Shown here piece by piece: positions 18,246-27,090 of a stretch of 64,000 nt of DNA. A program made the position numbers and the translations under genes. Source of the stretch: an uncultured Sediminicola sp. (GTDB lineage: Bacteria > Bacteroidota > Bacteroidia > Flavobacteriales > Flavobacteriaceae); the NCBI GenBank assembly GCA_963974715.1, contig CAXBDK010000010.1, forward strand, positions 128,067 to 192,066. Direction: 5' to 3'. Every line of letters begins with the position of its first letter. Positions within the stretch are counted from its first letter, which is position 1. Below the pieces are notes generated by a model. It did no database searches. It worked only from the letters and a program-made list of their open reading frames with translations, and was not told the DNA's origin.

Positions 18246-18824
18246 TCATGGTTCCTTTTTTGTAGGTATCCATTTGATCTCCTCCACCTTCAACTGTTGC
18301 GATAGGTATCTTGCCAGCACGAAAAGATAATCTGATAATCTATTGATGTAGGCGAGGACAAGATCGTCAAATGGTTCTTTTTCGTATAGTAGGGAGGCCC
18401 GGCGTTCTGCCCTCCGGCAAACGGTACGGGCAATGTGGCAATACGATACGGTGGTATGCCCGCCCGGTAATATAAAATGGGTCATAGGTGGAAGGGCCTC
18501 GTCCATTCTATCCATTTCCCGTTCCAAAAGTAGGACGTCCCCTTCCTCGATCTTAGGGATGGCGAGACGCTCCCTGCCGTTTTTTAAGAGGGCCTTTTCA
18601 GGATCGGTGGCCAGGATAGCGCCCAAGGTGAAAAGTTTATCCTGTACCAATGTCAGGATCCCATTGCTGTGCGCATCCATATCCTGATCCCGTAAGAGTC
18701 CCAGCCAAGAATTCAATTCATCCAAGGTTCCGTAACTTTCGATCCTGATGTGGTGCTTGGAAACCCGGGTACCGCCGAACAATGCCGTAGTACCGTGATC
18801 TCCTGTTTTGGTGTAAATTTTCAC
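18246..18824 (-). CDS. Cob(I)alamin adenosyltransferase, PduO type
   Basis: KIYTKTGDHG, YGTLDELNS, FILPGG, RTVCRRAER and NRLSDYLF; GTG start. Confidence 0.93.
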   Translation of the reverse strand: MKIYTKTGDHGTTALFGGTRVSKHHIRIESYGTLDELNSWLGLLRDQDMDAHSNGILTLVQDKLFTLGAILATDPEKALLKNGRERLAIPKIEEGDVLLLEREMDRMDEALPPMTHFILPGGHTTVSYCHIARTVCRRAERRASLLYEKEPFDDLVLAYINRLSDYLFVLARYLSQQLKVEEIKWIPTKKEP

Positions 18825-19024
18825 TGGTATATCGTTTATTTCCCTAGGGGGGTTATGATCCCGAGCTGCCCGGAATCAAAATCTTTTTTTGGGTCCCTTT
18901 GGCCTGCCCTCTAACAGCCGGCCCTTAAAAAGTAAGGATGGGTGCGTTGGAAGTGGATTGGGCCTTGGTACTACAGGAAATCTGTATGACCACCAACGTT
19001 CATTTTCCGTACTTTTTACCTACG

Positions 19025-19162
19025 TCAGCTTTTATTTTTTTCATCGTACCTGTCCAAAAATTTGCGCGACTTCCTTCTCGCTCCCCGGTTCTTGGAAACG
19101 ATCAGGTTGATTACAAAAATAAGTCCGCATACGCCCAGTAGTATATAAATGCCGTACTCCAT
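19025..19162 (-). CDS. Small single-TM hypothetical protein, 45 aa (not in the ORF track)
   Basis: Manual translation MEYGIYILLGVCGLIFVINLIVSKNRGARRKSRKFLDRYDEKNKS; co-oriented, 30 nt downstream of the previous gene. Confidence 0.65.
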   Translation of the reverse strand: MEYGIYILLGVCGLIFVINLIVSKNRGARRKSRKFLDRYDEKNKS

Positions 19163-19192
19163 GATCCATGCATAAAAATTAAAAATAAGGTT

Positions 19193-19711
19193 TTATATCC
19201 GTATTTTAAAATGTTGTTTCGCTTGTTCCGGCCTAAAAAATACGGCGGCGCAATGGAACATATCCACGGTAACGGTTACCTTTTCCCATTGTTTCAATCG
19301 CTCCCATAAGGAACTGTGCCCTTTGTTCCCATATGGTCCCTGTACGATCAATATGGTTCCTGAATCTTTCGTTCCCCTTTTCTGTATAAGGTATAAAAGG
19401 GAGGCCTCCGTTAATTGCTCCATATAAATAAGGCAGTTGGACCGGTTGCCCGTTCCCAAACGGACCGTGGGCGCTACAGTGTTGATTTTCTCCTCCAAAA
19501 TGGGATTGCCCTGAAGCAGTTCCACGTATTCGGGCTTAAAATAGGCAATACTTTTAAGTAGTATGTTTTCCGTTTTATGGGCGCTGTAACGTTGTTTGCC
19601 ATAAAGGCACCGGGTTACATATGCGAATACAAAGGGCGAATGTACCCCGTGTTGGTTCTTGGAATTCCACAAAAAGGAAATACGCGACAAAAAACGGTAT
19701 AACATTGCCAT
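19193..19711 (-). CDS. Hypothetical protein resembling a shortened class I SAM-methyltransferase
   Basis: NQHGVHSPFVF N-terminus and VTVDMFH...FFRPEQAKQHFKIR C-terminus; no glycine-rich motif I. Confidence 0.6.
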   Translation of the reverse strand: MAMLYRFLSRISFLWNSKNQHGVHSPFVFAYVTRCLYGKQRYSAHKTENILLKSIAYFKPEYVELLQGNPILEEKINTVAPTVRLGTGNRSNCLIYMEQLTEASLLYLIQKRGTKDSGTILIVQGPYGNKGHSSLWERLKQWEKVTVTVDMFHCAAVFFRPEQAKQHFKIRI

Positions 19712-19718
19712 AGGTATT

Positions 19719-21599
19719 TTAGCCCTCCATTAACGTGGTGAGTTCAAACCAGCGTTCGGTATGGGATTCCAAGGTATCCTCCAGTTCTTTAAGTTCCAAA
19801 GAGAGTTTGTCTATTTCCGCTCCCGACAGGCTGGGGTCCGCAAATTTGTTCTGCAGTTCAACTTTTTTCGATTCTAGGCGCTGTATGGTCTTTTCAAGGT
19901 TGTTGTATTCCTTTTGATCGGCATAGGAGAGCTTTTTTTGCGGCTGTTCCGACTTCCAATTTGTTTTGGTCGGTTTGGGTTCCACCTCATTTTCCTTGGC
20001 TGCCCTATAATCTGCCACGATACTGTCCTCGTACGCCCTAAAGTCGGAATAGTTGCCAGGGAAGTCCTCTATTTCGGCATTCCCCCTAAAAACGAACAGG
20101 TGGTCCACGATCTTGTCCATAAAGTAACGATCGTGCGAAACAACCAATAGGCACCCCGGAAAATCCAGGAGAAAACTTTCCAGGACGTTAAGGGTAACGA
20201 TATCTAGGTCATTGGTAGGTTCATCCAGGATAAGAAAGTTGGGGTTTTGTATAAGAACGGTACAGAGATAGAGTCGCTTGCGTTCCCCTCCGCTCAGTTT
20301 TTCCACAAAATCATATTGTTTTTTACGATCGAACAGAAACCGCTCCAAGAGTTGTTGTGCCGATATCTGTCGGCCTTTTTTTAATGGGATGTAGTCGCCG
20401 AATTCCCTTATGACATCTATTACCTTTTGTCCCTCTTTTATGTGTATCCCTTTCTGGGTATAGTAGCCAAATTTAATGGTTTCCCCTACCACCACCTTTC
20501 CGCCATCCGGAACGTCCGTACCGGTGAGCAGGTTGAGGAAGGTGGATTTTCCGGTACCGTTCTTCCCAATGATACCGATGCGTTCGCCCTTAAGAAAATT
20601 GTATTCAAATCTGTCCAAAATAGGTTTGCCCGGATAGGACTTCGAAATTTTGTGAAGTTCCATGATCTTGCTGCCAAGGCGCTCCATATTTATTTCCAGT
20701 TCGATCTGGTGTTCCTGTCTCCGTTTACTGGCTTTTTCTTTGATGGCCTGGAAATCGTCTATACGCGATTTGGATTTTGTGGTCCTTGCTTTTGGCTGCC
20801 GGCGCATCCAGGTAAGTTCTTGGTTGTAGAGTATCTTGGATTTGTGGTGTTCCACCGCTTCCTGCTCCAATCTTGCCTCCTTCTTTTCAAGGTAGTAGGA
20901 ATAATTGCCCTTATAGGAATAGAGCTGTCCATTGTCCAGTTCCATTATTTCATTGCATACCCGTTCCAAAAAGAACCGATCGTGCGTTACCATAAAAAGG
21001 GTAATGTTTTCCTTGGCAAAATAAGACTCCAGCCATTCGATCATTTCCAGATCCAAATGGTTGGTCGGCTCGTCCAAGATCAACAGGTCGGGTTTATTGA
21101 TAAGGGCATTGGCCAAGGCCAAACGCTTTTTTTGGCCTCCCGATAACATGCCCACTTTGATCGTAAGATCGTCGAACCTCAGTTTGGACAAGATCTGCCG
21201 GTATTGGGTCTCAAAGTCCCAAGCATCGTTCAGTTCCATGGCCTCAAAAGCTTTTTGGTAGGCATTGGCATCCTCCGGATTTTCCAGCGCCTTTTCATAA
21301 TTGGAGAGGACCTTTAGGATTTCATTGTCCGAATCAAAAATGGTCCCTTCTATGGTAAGTTCCGGATTGAGGTCCGGTTCTTGCGAAAGATAGGAGACAC
21401 GGGTCCCTTTTCGAAAGGTTACCTGCCCTGTATCAGGGGTGTCCAGACCTGCCAGAATATTTAAAATAGAGGTCTTTCCACTTCCATTTTTGGCGATGAG
21501 GGCTATTTTTTGATCCTTATTGATTCCAAAAGAAAGGTTTTGGAAAAGAATCAGTTCGCCATATGATTTGGCTATATTTTCTACGGTGAGAAGGTTCAT
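19719..21599 (-). CDS. ABC-F family ATP-binding protein (Uup-like)
   Basis: Two NBDs (AKNGSGKT/LSGGQ/LDEPTNHLD and GKNGTGKS/LSGGE/LDEPTNDLD), no TM segments, C-terminal coiled coil. Confidence 0.93.
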   Translation of the reverse strand: MNLLTVENIAKSYGELILFQNLSFGINKDQKIALIAKNGSGKTSILNILAGLDTPDTGQVTFRKGTRVSYLSQEPDLNPELTIEGTIFDSDNEILKVLSNYEKALENPEDANAYQKAFEAMELNDAWDFETQYRQILSKLRFDDLTIKVGMLSGGQKKRLALANALINKPDLLILDEPTNHLDLEMIEWLESYFAKENITLFMVTHDRFFLERVCNEIMELDNGQLYSYKGNYSYYLEKKEARLEQEAVEHHKSKILYNQELTWMRRQPKARTTKSKSRIDDFQAIKEKASKRRQEHQIELEINMERLGSKIMELHKISKSYPGKPILDRFEYNFLKGERIGIIGKNGTGKSTFLNLLTGTDVPDGGKVVVGETIKFGYYTQKGIHIKEGQKVIDVIREFGDYIPLKKGRQISAQQLLERFLFDRKKQYDFVEKLSGGERKRLYLCTVLIQNPNFLILDEPTNDLDIVTLNVLESFLLDFPGCLLVVSHDRYFMDKIVDHLFVFRGNAEIEDFPGNYSDFRAYEDSIVADYRAAKENEVEPKPTKTNWKSEQPQKKLSYADQKEYNNLEKTIQRLESKKVELQNKFADPSLSGAEIDKLSLELKELEDTLESHTERWFELTTLMEG

Positions 21600-21608
21600 G
21601 TAAACGTT

Positions 21609-22790
21609 TTATTTATTAAGGTTCCCTTTTTGATAATATAACAAAAAGAAATATCTGGCTCCGAAGAGGAACAATAAGGGCACTATCAAAGGGGAGAATA
21701 TCTGGAATCCCGCTATCCAAAGAGCCAATAACAGTACAAGCAAGAGCAACAGTAAGATCAAATACACTACGCTCCATTTGGGCAAAGGACCCTTTTTGGC
21801 CAAAAAGAAGGCCACTACAAGGTTTAAAGGGAAGGCCCATAAAATATTGAAATTTCCCGCAGTGGCGGTGTGGTCCGTAAAAAACCAAAGGAATATGATT
21901 AGGACACCCGTGATCCCACTTAGAAAAAAGAGTACAAAATCCAAGCTCCTGCTCCGGCTATGGTTCTTTAGGTCGATTCCGGTAATTATAACGGTAAAGG
22001 CCATCAGTGCCAATAGCCAAAATAGGGGAGAGGCCAAAAAATAAGGGTCCGGGCTTTTATTGGTGGATTCCAATATAGTTCTGCTGCGTTCTACCAAAGG
22101 TTTCCCATCTAAAGTGGTACGATCCAATTGTTCCATCACATAGTTGGGAAGGAACATGTGTTGGTACGGAGTGGCCTCCCTGTCTATCACCGATCCCAAG
22201 GCGATATCGATTCCAAAGGCAGACCAAGAATTAGTATTGAGGTTTTGATGTATCAACTCCCTAAAGGTAAAACGTTCCTTTAAATAATTGTGGAACACCA
22301 ATTGCTCCCCATATACTTTGCCCAAAATTTCCGGTAGTTTTGTAGCACAGTTGTTAAAGAGGAAATCATATTTATAATCCCTGTTCTCAGGTCTGTAATT
22401 GTTCTCCAAGAACTCGAACAAGGCCTTGGTCCCCTCAGGGGAAAGGTCGAGCAATTGTTCTTTTACCCACCTGTTTTCCAGTTCGTACTCCCATAAAAAA
22501 TCTTCGAATTTTTGCCGGCTGAGCGAATATAACAGTTTGCCCTGTGCAAACTTCATGTAAAAGTTCGGTTCACGAAAATTGAATGTCCCATAGTTGTATA
22601 CCACATCGATTCCCAAAACCGGATCCTGCAATCGGAAGGCACTGTGGCCAAAAGTGCTATAGAGCTCGTTGCCACTGCCACAGGTTATCACACTTATACC
22701 GGCATCCTCGGAAAGAGTCGGCAGCTGTGATATGGCCATTAAGGGCGACCCCAGCAAAAACAAGTAGAGGACTAAATATTTTAATGGCAT
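21609..22790 (-). CDS. lnb: DUF4105 protein, probable lipoprotein N-acyltransferase Lnb
   Basis: FGHSAFR, YNYGTF and FNNCAT (His/Asn/Cys) in the N-domain, followed by about four C-terminal TM helices. Confidence 0.7.
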   Translation of the reverse strand: MPLKYLVLYLFLLGSPLMAISQLPTLSEDAGISVITCGSGNELYSTFGHSAFRLQDPVLGIDVVYNYGTFNFREPNFYMKFAQGKLLYSLSRQKFEDFLWEYELENRWVKEQLLDLSPEGTKALFEFLENNYRPENRDYKYDFLFNNCATKLPEILGKVYGEQLVFHNYLKERFTFRELIHQNLNTNSWSAFGIDIALGSVIDREATPYQHMFLPNYVMEQLDRTTLDGKPLVERSRTILESTNKSPDPYFLASPLFWLLALMAFTVIITGIDLKNHSRSRSLDFVLFFLSGITGVLIIFLWFFTDHTATAGNFNILWAFPLNLVVAFFLAKKGPLPKWSVVYLILLLLLLVLLLALWIAGFQIFSPLIVPLLFLFGARYFFLLYYQKGNLNK

Positions 22791-23108
22791 GGCATTATGA
22801 TGTTTTTCCTTCTTTGGCGCAAATATCGAATAAATAAAGGGATTAACACAGGGCCCAAGGGTAGATTATAAAAAAGGCCAACTATTTTTAACGGATATTT
22901 TTATTAAACACTAATTTTACCAATAAGCGGAAGTTGCCTATGCGGAAATCGGGGTTGAAACAGTAGCTTTGGATTTTCCGATCAGGGTGGCGGCCGGCCT
23001 TTTTTTGACAAACGCACAAGACCTGTCCCATTCCGATTGGCGTAAACAGAATTGGATTGAGGACGGGTAAGTCCTGATGGAAACTATAATACAAACTAAA
23101 AATAACCG

Positions 23109-23855
23109 ATGAAAAAACATGTTCCCAACCTGATTACCCTTTTAAATGTATTTTGTGGCTGTATTGCAGTGGTTTTTGCAGTGGAAAACGAATTGGAAAT
23201 GGCGGCACTGTTCGTATTTTTTGGGATCTTTTTCGATTTTTTTGACGGACTGGCAGCCAGGGCCCTTAAGGTACAGAGCGAATTGGGTCTTCAACTGGAC
23301 TCCTTGGCCGATATGATCACCAGTGGACTGGTGCCGGGCATAGTCATGTTCCAGCTTTTAAAAATGTCCACATTGGGCGGTTGGAACGTGGTCATCGGGG
23401 AGACGGCCGGGAGTGTCCTATCCTCGGATTCGGAGGTACGGTTTCTTCCCTTCCTCGGTTTTCTGATCACTTTGGCCTCCGCTTACCGACTGGCCAAGTT
23501 CAATACGGATGAAAATCAGGTATCCTCCTTTATCGGTCTGCCGACCCCTGCAAATGCACTGCTGATCTTTTCCCTGCCGCTGATCTTGTTGTACCATCAT
23601 AACGATCTGCTGAACTCGATCATCCTGAACCAGTGGTTTTTAATGGGAATGACCTTGTTGAGCTCCTTTCTGCTGAATGCCAATATTCCCTTATTTGCCC
23701 TTAAGTTCAAGAATTGGAGCTTTAGGGACAATGCCCTTAGGTATGTTTTTGTGATGATCTCCTTGGTGCTGATCGTTACTATGCGCTATTTGGCCATTCC
23801 CGTGATCATCGGTTTTTATATTATCAGCTCCATTGCTTCCAACCTCAAGTCCTAA
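23109..23855 (+). CDS. pssA: CDP-alcohol phosphatidyltransferase (phosphatidylserine synthase-like)
   Basis: DFFDGLAAR...GLQLDSLAD motif, RLAKFN and FIGLPTPA. Confidence 0.85.
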   Translation: MKKHVPNLITLLNVFCGCIAVVFAVENELEMAALFVFFGIFFDFFDGLAARALKVQSELGLQLDSLADMITSGLVPGIVMFQLLKMSTLGGWNVVIGETAGSVLSSDSEVRFLPFLGFLITLASAYRLAKFNTDENQVSSFIGLPTPANALLIFSLPLILLYHHNDLLNSIILNQWFLMGMTLLSSFLLNANIPLFALKFKNWSFRDNALRYVFVMISLVLIVTMRYLAIPVIIGFYIISSIASNLKS

Positions 23856-23937
23856 AGTTTGGCAGGGGCTATAATGGTGGGTGAATGGATAGGGCAAGAA
23901 ATTTCTTTTGGCAATACCGGGACCGAAAAAAGAAATC

Positions 23938-24678
23938 TTAAAAATCCAATTTCTTTTTCCGTAGCTCAAAATTCTGGCCCAGATAGACCTTCCTGACCAT
24001 CTCATCTGCGGCCAGGTCTTCGGGAATGCCCGACTTGAGGATCCCCCCTTCGAACATAAGATAAGATCGTTCGGTGATGGCCAAGGTTTCCTGTACGTTG
24101 TGATCTGTGATCAGAATCCCTATATTTTTGTTCTTAAGCTGTGCCACAATGCGCTGTATGTCCTCTACCGCCACTGGATCTACCCCTGCAAAAGGTTCGT
24201 CCAAAAGAATGAATTTGGGATCCGTGGCCAAGGCCCGGGCAATTTCGGTCCGTCTTCGTTCCCCTCCCGAGAGAAGGTCGCCCCGGTTTTTGCGGATATG
24301 CCCCAGGCCAAATTCCTCTATTAGGGACTCCATCTTCATGTGTTGTTCCTTTTTGCTGAGTTTGGTGAGCTGCAACACGCTGAGGATGTTCTTTTCAATG
24401 CTCAATTTTCGAAATACCGATGCTTCTTGGGCCAAATAACCAATACCGTTCTGGGCGCGTTTGTACATGGGGAAATTGGTGATTTCCATTTGGTCCAGAT
24501 AAATGTTGCCGCCATTGGGTTTTATAAGGCCCACGATCATATAGAAGGAGGTGGTCTTTCCGGCCCCGTTGGGACCCAGTAGGCCCACGATCTCCCCTTG
24601 GTTCACTTCCAGGGAAATTCCCCTTACCACCTGTCGCCCACGGTAGGACTTCATTATATTTTCTGCCCTTAACTTCAT
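23938..24678 (-). CDS. lptB: LPS export ABC transporter ATP-binding protein
   Basis: [35 protein letters not shown] and ITDHNV. Confidence 0.96.
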   Translation of the reverse strand: MKLRAENIMKSYRGRQVVRGISLEVNQGEIVGLLGPNGAGKTTSFYMIVGLIKPNGGNIYLDQMEITNFPMYKRAQNGIGYLAQEASVFRKLSIEKNILSVLQLTKLSKKEQHMKMESLIEEFGLGHIRKNRGDLLSGGERRRTEIARALATDPKFILLDEPFAGVDPVAVEDIQRIVAQLKNKNIGILITDHNVQETLAITERSYLMFEGGILKSGIPEDLAADEMVRKVYLGQNFELRKKKLDF

Positions 24679-24696
24679 TTATCCGTATTATGGTTC

Positions 24697-24704
24697 CAAA
24701 ACTA
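24697..24704 (-). promoter_or_regulatory. -7 promoter element for lptB
   Basis: TAGTTTTG on the minus strand, 19 nt upstream of the ATG. Confidence 0.5.
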
Positions 24705-24742
24705 CTGTATCCCGATCTTTCGGGCGAAGATTTGTACAATAT

Positions 24743-25093
24743 TTAACCTTCCTGATTTTCTAGGGCCTCCCAGTATTCATAAGCCCTTCTAAGGTGAGGT
24801 ACCACGATCGTGCCGCCCACAAGGGTGGCTATTCCCAAGGTTTCCATTACTTCCTCTTTGGTGGCTCCTTCCTTGTGGGAACTTTCCAAATGGTATTTTA
24901 CGCAATCGTCGCACCGGAGCACGGCCGATGCCACCAGGCCCAACAGCTCCTTGGTCTTTACGTCCAGCGCGCCGGCGGCATAGGCATTGGTGTCCAGATT
25001 AAAGATCCGCTTTATGATCTTATTGTTGTCCGCCAATAATTTTTCGTTCATTTTGGAACGATAGGCATTGAATTCCTTAATTTGATCTGACAT
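24743..25093 (-). CDS. Carboxymuconolactone decarboxylase/AhpD-like protein
   Basis: KTKELLGLVASAVLRCDDCVKYHL (CxxC). Confidence 0.85.
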   Translation of the reverse strand: MSDQIKEFNAYRSKMNEKLLADNNKIIKRIFNLDTNAYAAGALDVKTKELLGLVASAVLRCDDCVKYHLESSHKEGATKEEVMETLGIATLVGGTIVVPHLRRAYEYWEALENQEG

Positions 25094-25913
25094 TCTTTTT
25101 CATTTTTTTTGCTTCCTGTCTAAGTACATAGCCCGACATATAGATGCTCACTTGGTACAGGATCAAGATGGGCACGGCCACTACGACCTGGCTGGCCACA
25201 TCGGGTGGGGTGATTACCGCCGATATGATCAGTACCACCACTAGGGCGATCTTTCTGTATTTCTTCAGTATTTCTGGCGTTACAAGTCCCACTTTGGTAA
25301 GGAAGAAGATGATGATCGGCAGTTCAAAGATCAGTCCACAGGCAATTACCGATGATCGCACCGTGGCAATGTAGGAGGCAATATCGATGTCGTTGAACAC
25401 CTCATCACTAATGGTATAGCTGCCCAAAAAGTTTATGGATAGCGGGGCCACGATATAATATCCGAAAAGTACGCCCATAAAGAACAATAGGGAGGCAATA
25501 AAAATAAAACCCCTGGCATTGTTGCGTTCCTTGTCATAGAGCCCTGGGGATATAAATTTCCACATTTCGTAAAGAAGGTAGGGGAATCCCACAATAAAGC
25601 CGGCCCAAATGGAAGTCCAGATGTGGGCGGAGAACTGCCCGGCCATTTCCCGGCTCTGCAAACGGAACAAGGGTTCGTCACTGCAAAAGGCATCGCTGAA
25701 GCCCATTACGTTGGACATTTTGCAGAAAAATTTGTAGGTGGGAAAATCCGCCCTTTTGGGGCCAAAAATCACCGTATCAAAGATAAAGTCGGACATTACG
25801 AATGCCACGGTGCCAAAGATGAGCACGGCAAGGGTCGACCTTATAAGATGCCACCTAAGTTCTTCAAGATGGTCCAAAAAGGACATTTCATTGGGGTGTT
25901 TGGTTTTAGCCAT
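25077..25913 (-). CDS. tatC: Twin-arginine translocase subunit TatC
   Basis: FLDHLEELR, WKFISPGLY, GLIFELP and AVITPPD. Confidence 0.96.
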   Translation of the reverse strand: MAKTKHPNEMSFLDHLEELRWHLIRSTLAVLIFGTVAFVMSDFIFDTVIFGPKRADFPTYKFFCKMSNVMGFSDAFCSDEPLFRLQSREMAGQFSAHIWTSIWAGFIVGFPYLLYEMWKFISPGLYDKERNNARGFIFIASLLFFMGVLFGYYIVAPLSINFLGSYTISDEVFNDIDIASYIATVRSSVIACGLIFELPIIIFFLTKVGLVTPEILKKYRKIALVVVLIISAVITPPDVASQVVVAVPILILYQVSIYMSGYVLRQEAKKMKKNVRSN

Positions 25914-26878
25914 TATAGTATGCCTTCATTTATTAAGTTGTGCAAATGTACCACTCCCGCATAATTTTCCCCCTCGATTGCCAGTAATTGTGAAATTCCT
26001 TTTTCCTGCATGAGCTCCAGGGCGGTGATGGCGAGTACGTCGGAAGAGATGGTCTTGGGGTTCGGGGTCATTATATCCGCTGCGGTAAGCCCATTTATAT
26101 TGTCGTATTTGTTCAGCATCCTTCTAATGTCCCCATCGGTGATGATGCCTATGATCCTCTCTTCTTCCAGTACGGCGGTGACCCCCAACATTTTTTCCGA
26201 AATTTCTACGATTACCTGTTTTACGTCCGAGGTAGGGCTGACCTGTGGTTTCATATTGCCATTGGCAATATCGGACACCCTGAGGTAAAGTCTTTTTCCT
26301 AGGGAGCCCCCAGGATGGAATTTGGCAAAATCCTGGCTACTAAAGCCCCTGAGTTCCAATAAACAGATGGCAAGGGCATCGCCCATTACCAATTGTGCCG
26401 TGGTACTGGTGGTAGGGGCCAAGTTATTGGGACAGGCCTCCTTTTCCACAAAGGTGTTAAGTACGAAATCCGCTTCCTTTCCCAAAAAGGAATTTAAGTT
26501 ACCCGTCATGCCCACCAATTTGTTCTTTCCCCTTTTGATAAGGGGCACCAACATTTTGATTTCGGGAGTACTTCCACTTTTGGATATACATATTACGACA
26601 TCCTGTTCCTGAATGGTCCCAAGGTCGCCATGAATGGCGTCGCCGGCATGCATGAATATTGCCGGGGTCCCGGTTGAGTTGAGCGTCGCCACGATTTTGG
26701 AAGCTATTATGGCACTTTTGCCGATACCTGATATCACCACCCTTCCCTTGCAACTGTGGATATGCGCTACCGTTTTTGCGAACCCTTCGTCCAATAGGGT
26801 GGCCAGATGGTATATGGCGTCCGCTTCGTTCGTAATCGTCTTCCTTGCTGTGTCCAGTATAGCAGTGGCGTCGCTCAA
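25913..26878 (-). CDS. kdsD: Arabinose-5-phosphate isomerase (KpsF/GutQ; SIS plus two CBS domains)
   Basis: GIGKS, HGDLG, SKSG, APTTST, FHPGGSLG and ITDGDIRR; TAATG overlap with tatC. Confidence 0.92.
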   Translation of the reverse strand: MSDATAILDTARKTITNEADAIYHLATLLDEGFAKTVAHIHSCKGRVVISGIGKSAIIASKIVATLNSTGTPAIFMHAGDAIHGDLGTIQEQDVVICISKSGSTPEIKMLVPLIKRGKNKLVGMTGNLNSFLGKEADFVLNTFVEKEACPNNLAPTTSTTAQLVMGDALAICLLELRGFSSQDFAKFHPGGSLGKRLYLRVSDIANGNMKPQVSPTSDVKQVIVEISEKMLGVTAVLEEERIIGIITDGDIRRMLNKYDNINGLTAADIMTPNPKTISSDVLAITALELMQEKGISQLLAIEGENYAGVVHLHNLINEGIL

Positions 26879-27090
26879 TGTAAAAATGGGATTATGTGAT
26901 TGGATTACTAAAAGAATGTGTTATATTTAATTTTACAAAATTACATAAACTTAATTTTATAGTAAATTTTAAATTTGGATAAATTAAATGGCCATCGGGC
27001 CATTCCATAGGCAGAAAATACGTACCTTAAGAAATTGGGTATTTTGCCTTTGATAGCATATGAAGGTGTTCTTAAATAGTAGCGAACGGT

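Noticed and set aside
1-18824. meaB and the PduO-type adenosyltransferase as a B12 cluster
   Set aside because: Functionally related but 17 kb apart with unrelated genes between them, so there is no evidence of a locus.
22888-23120. Short ORFs in the lnb-pssA intergenic region
   Set aside because: No motifs or signal features; consistent with a divergent promoter region.
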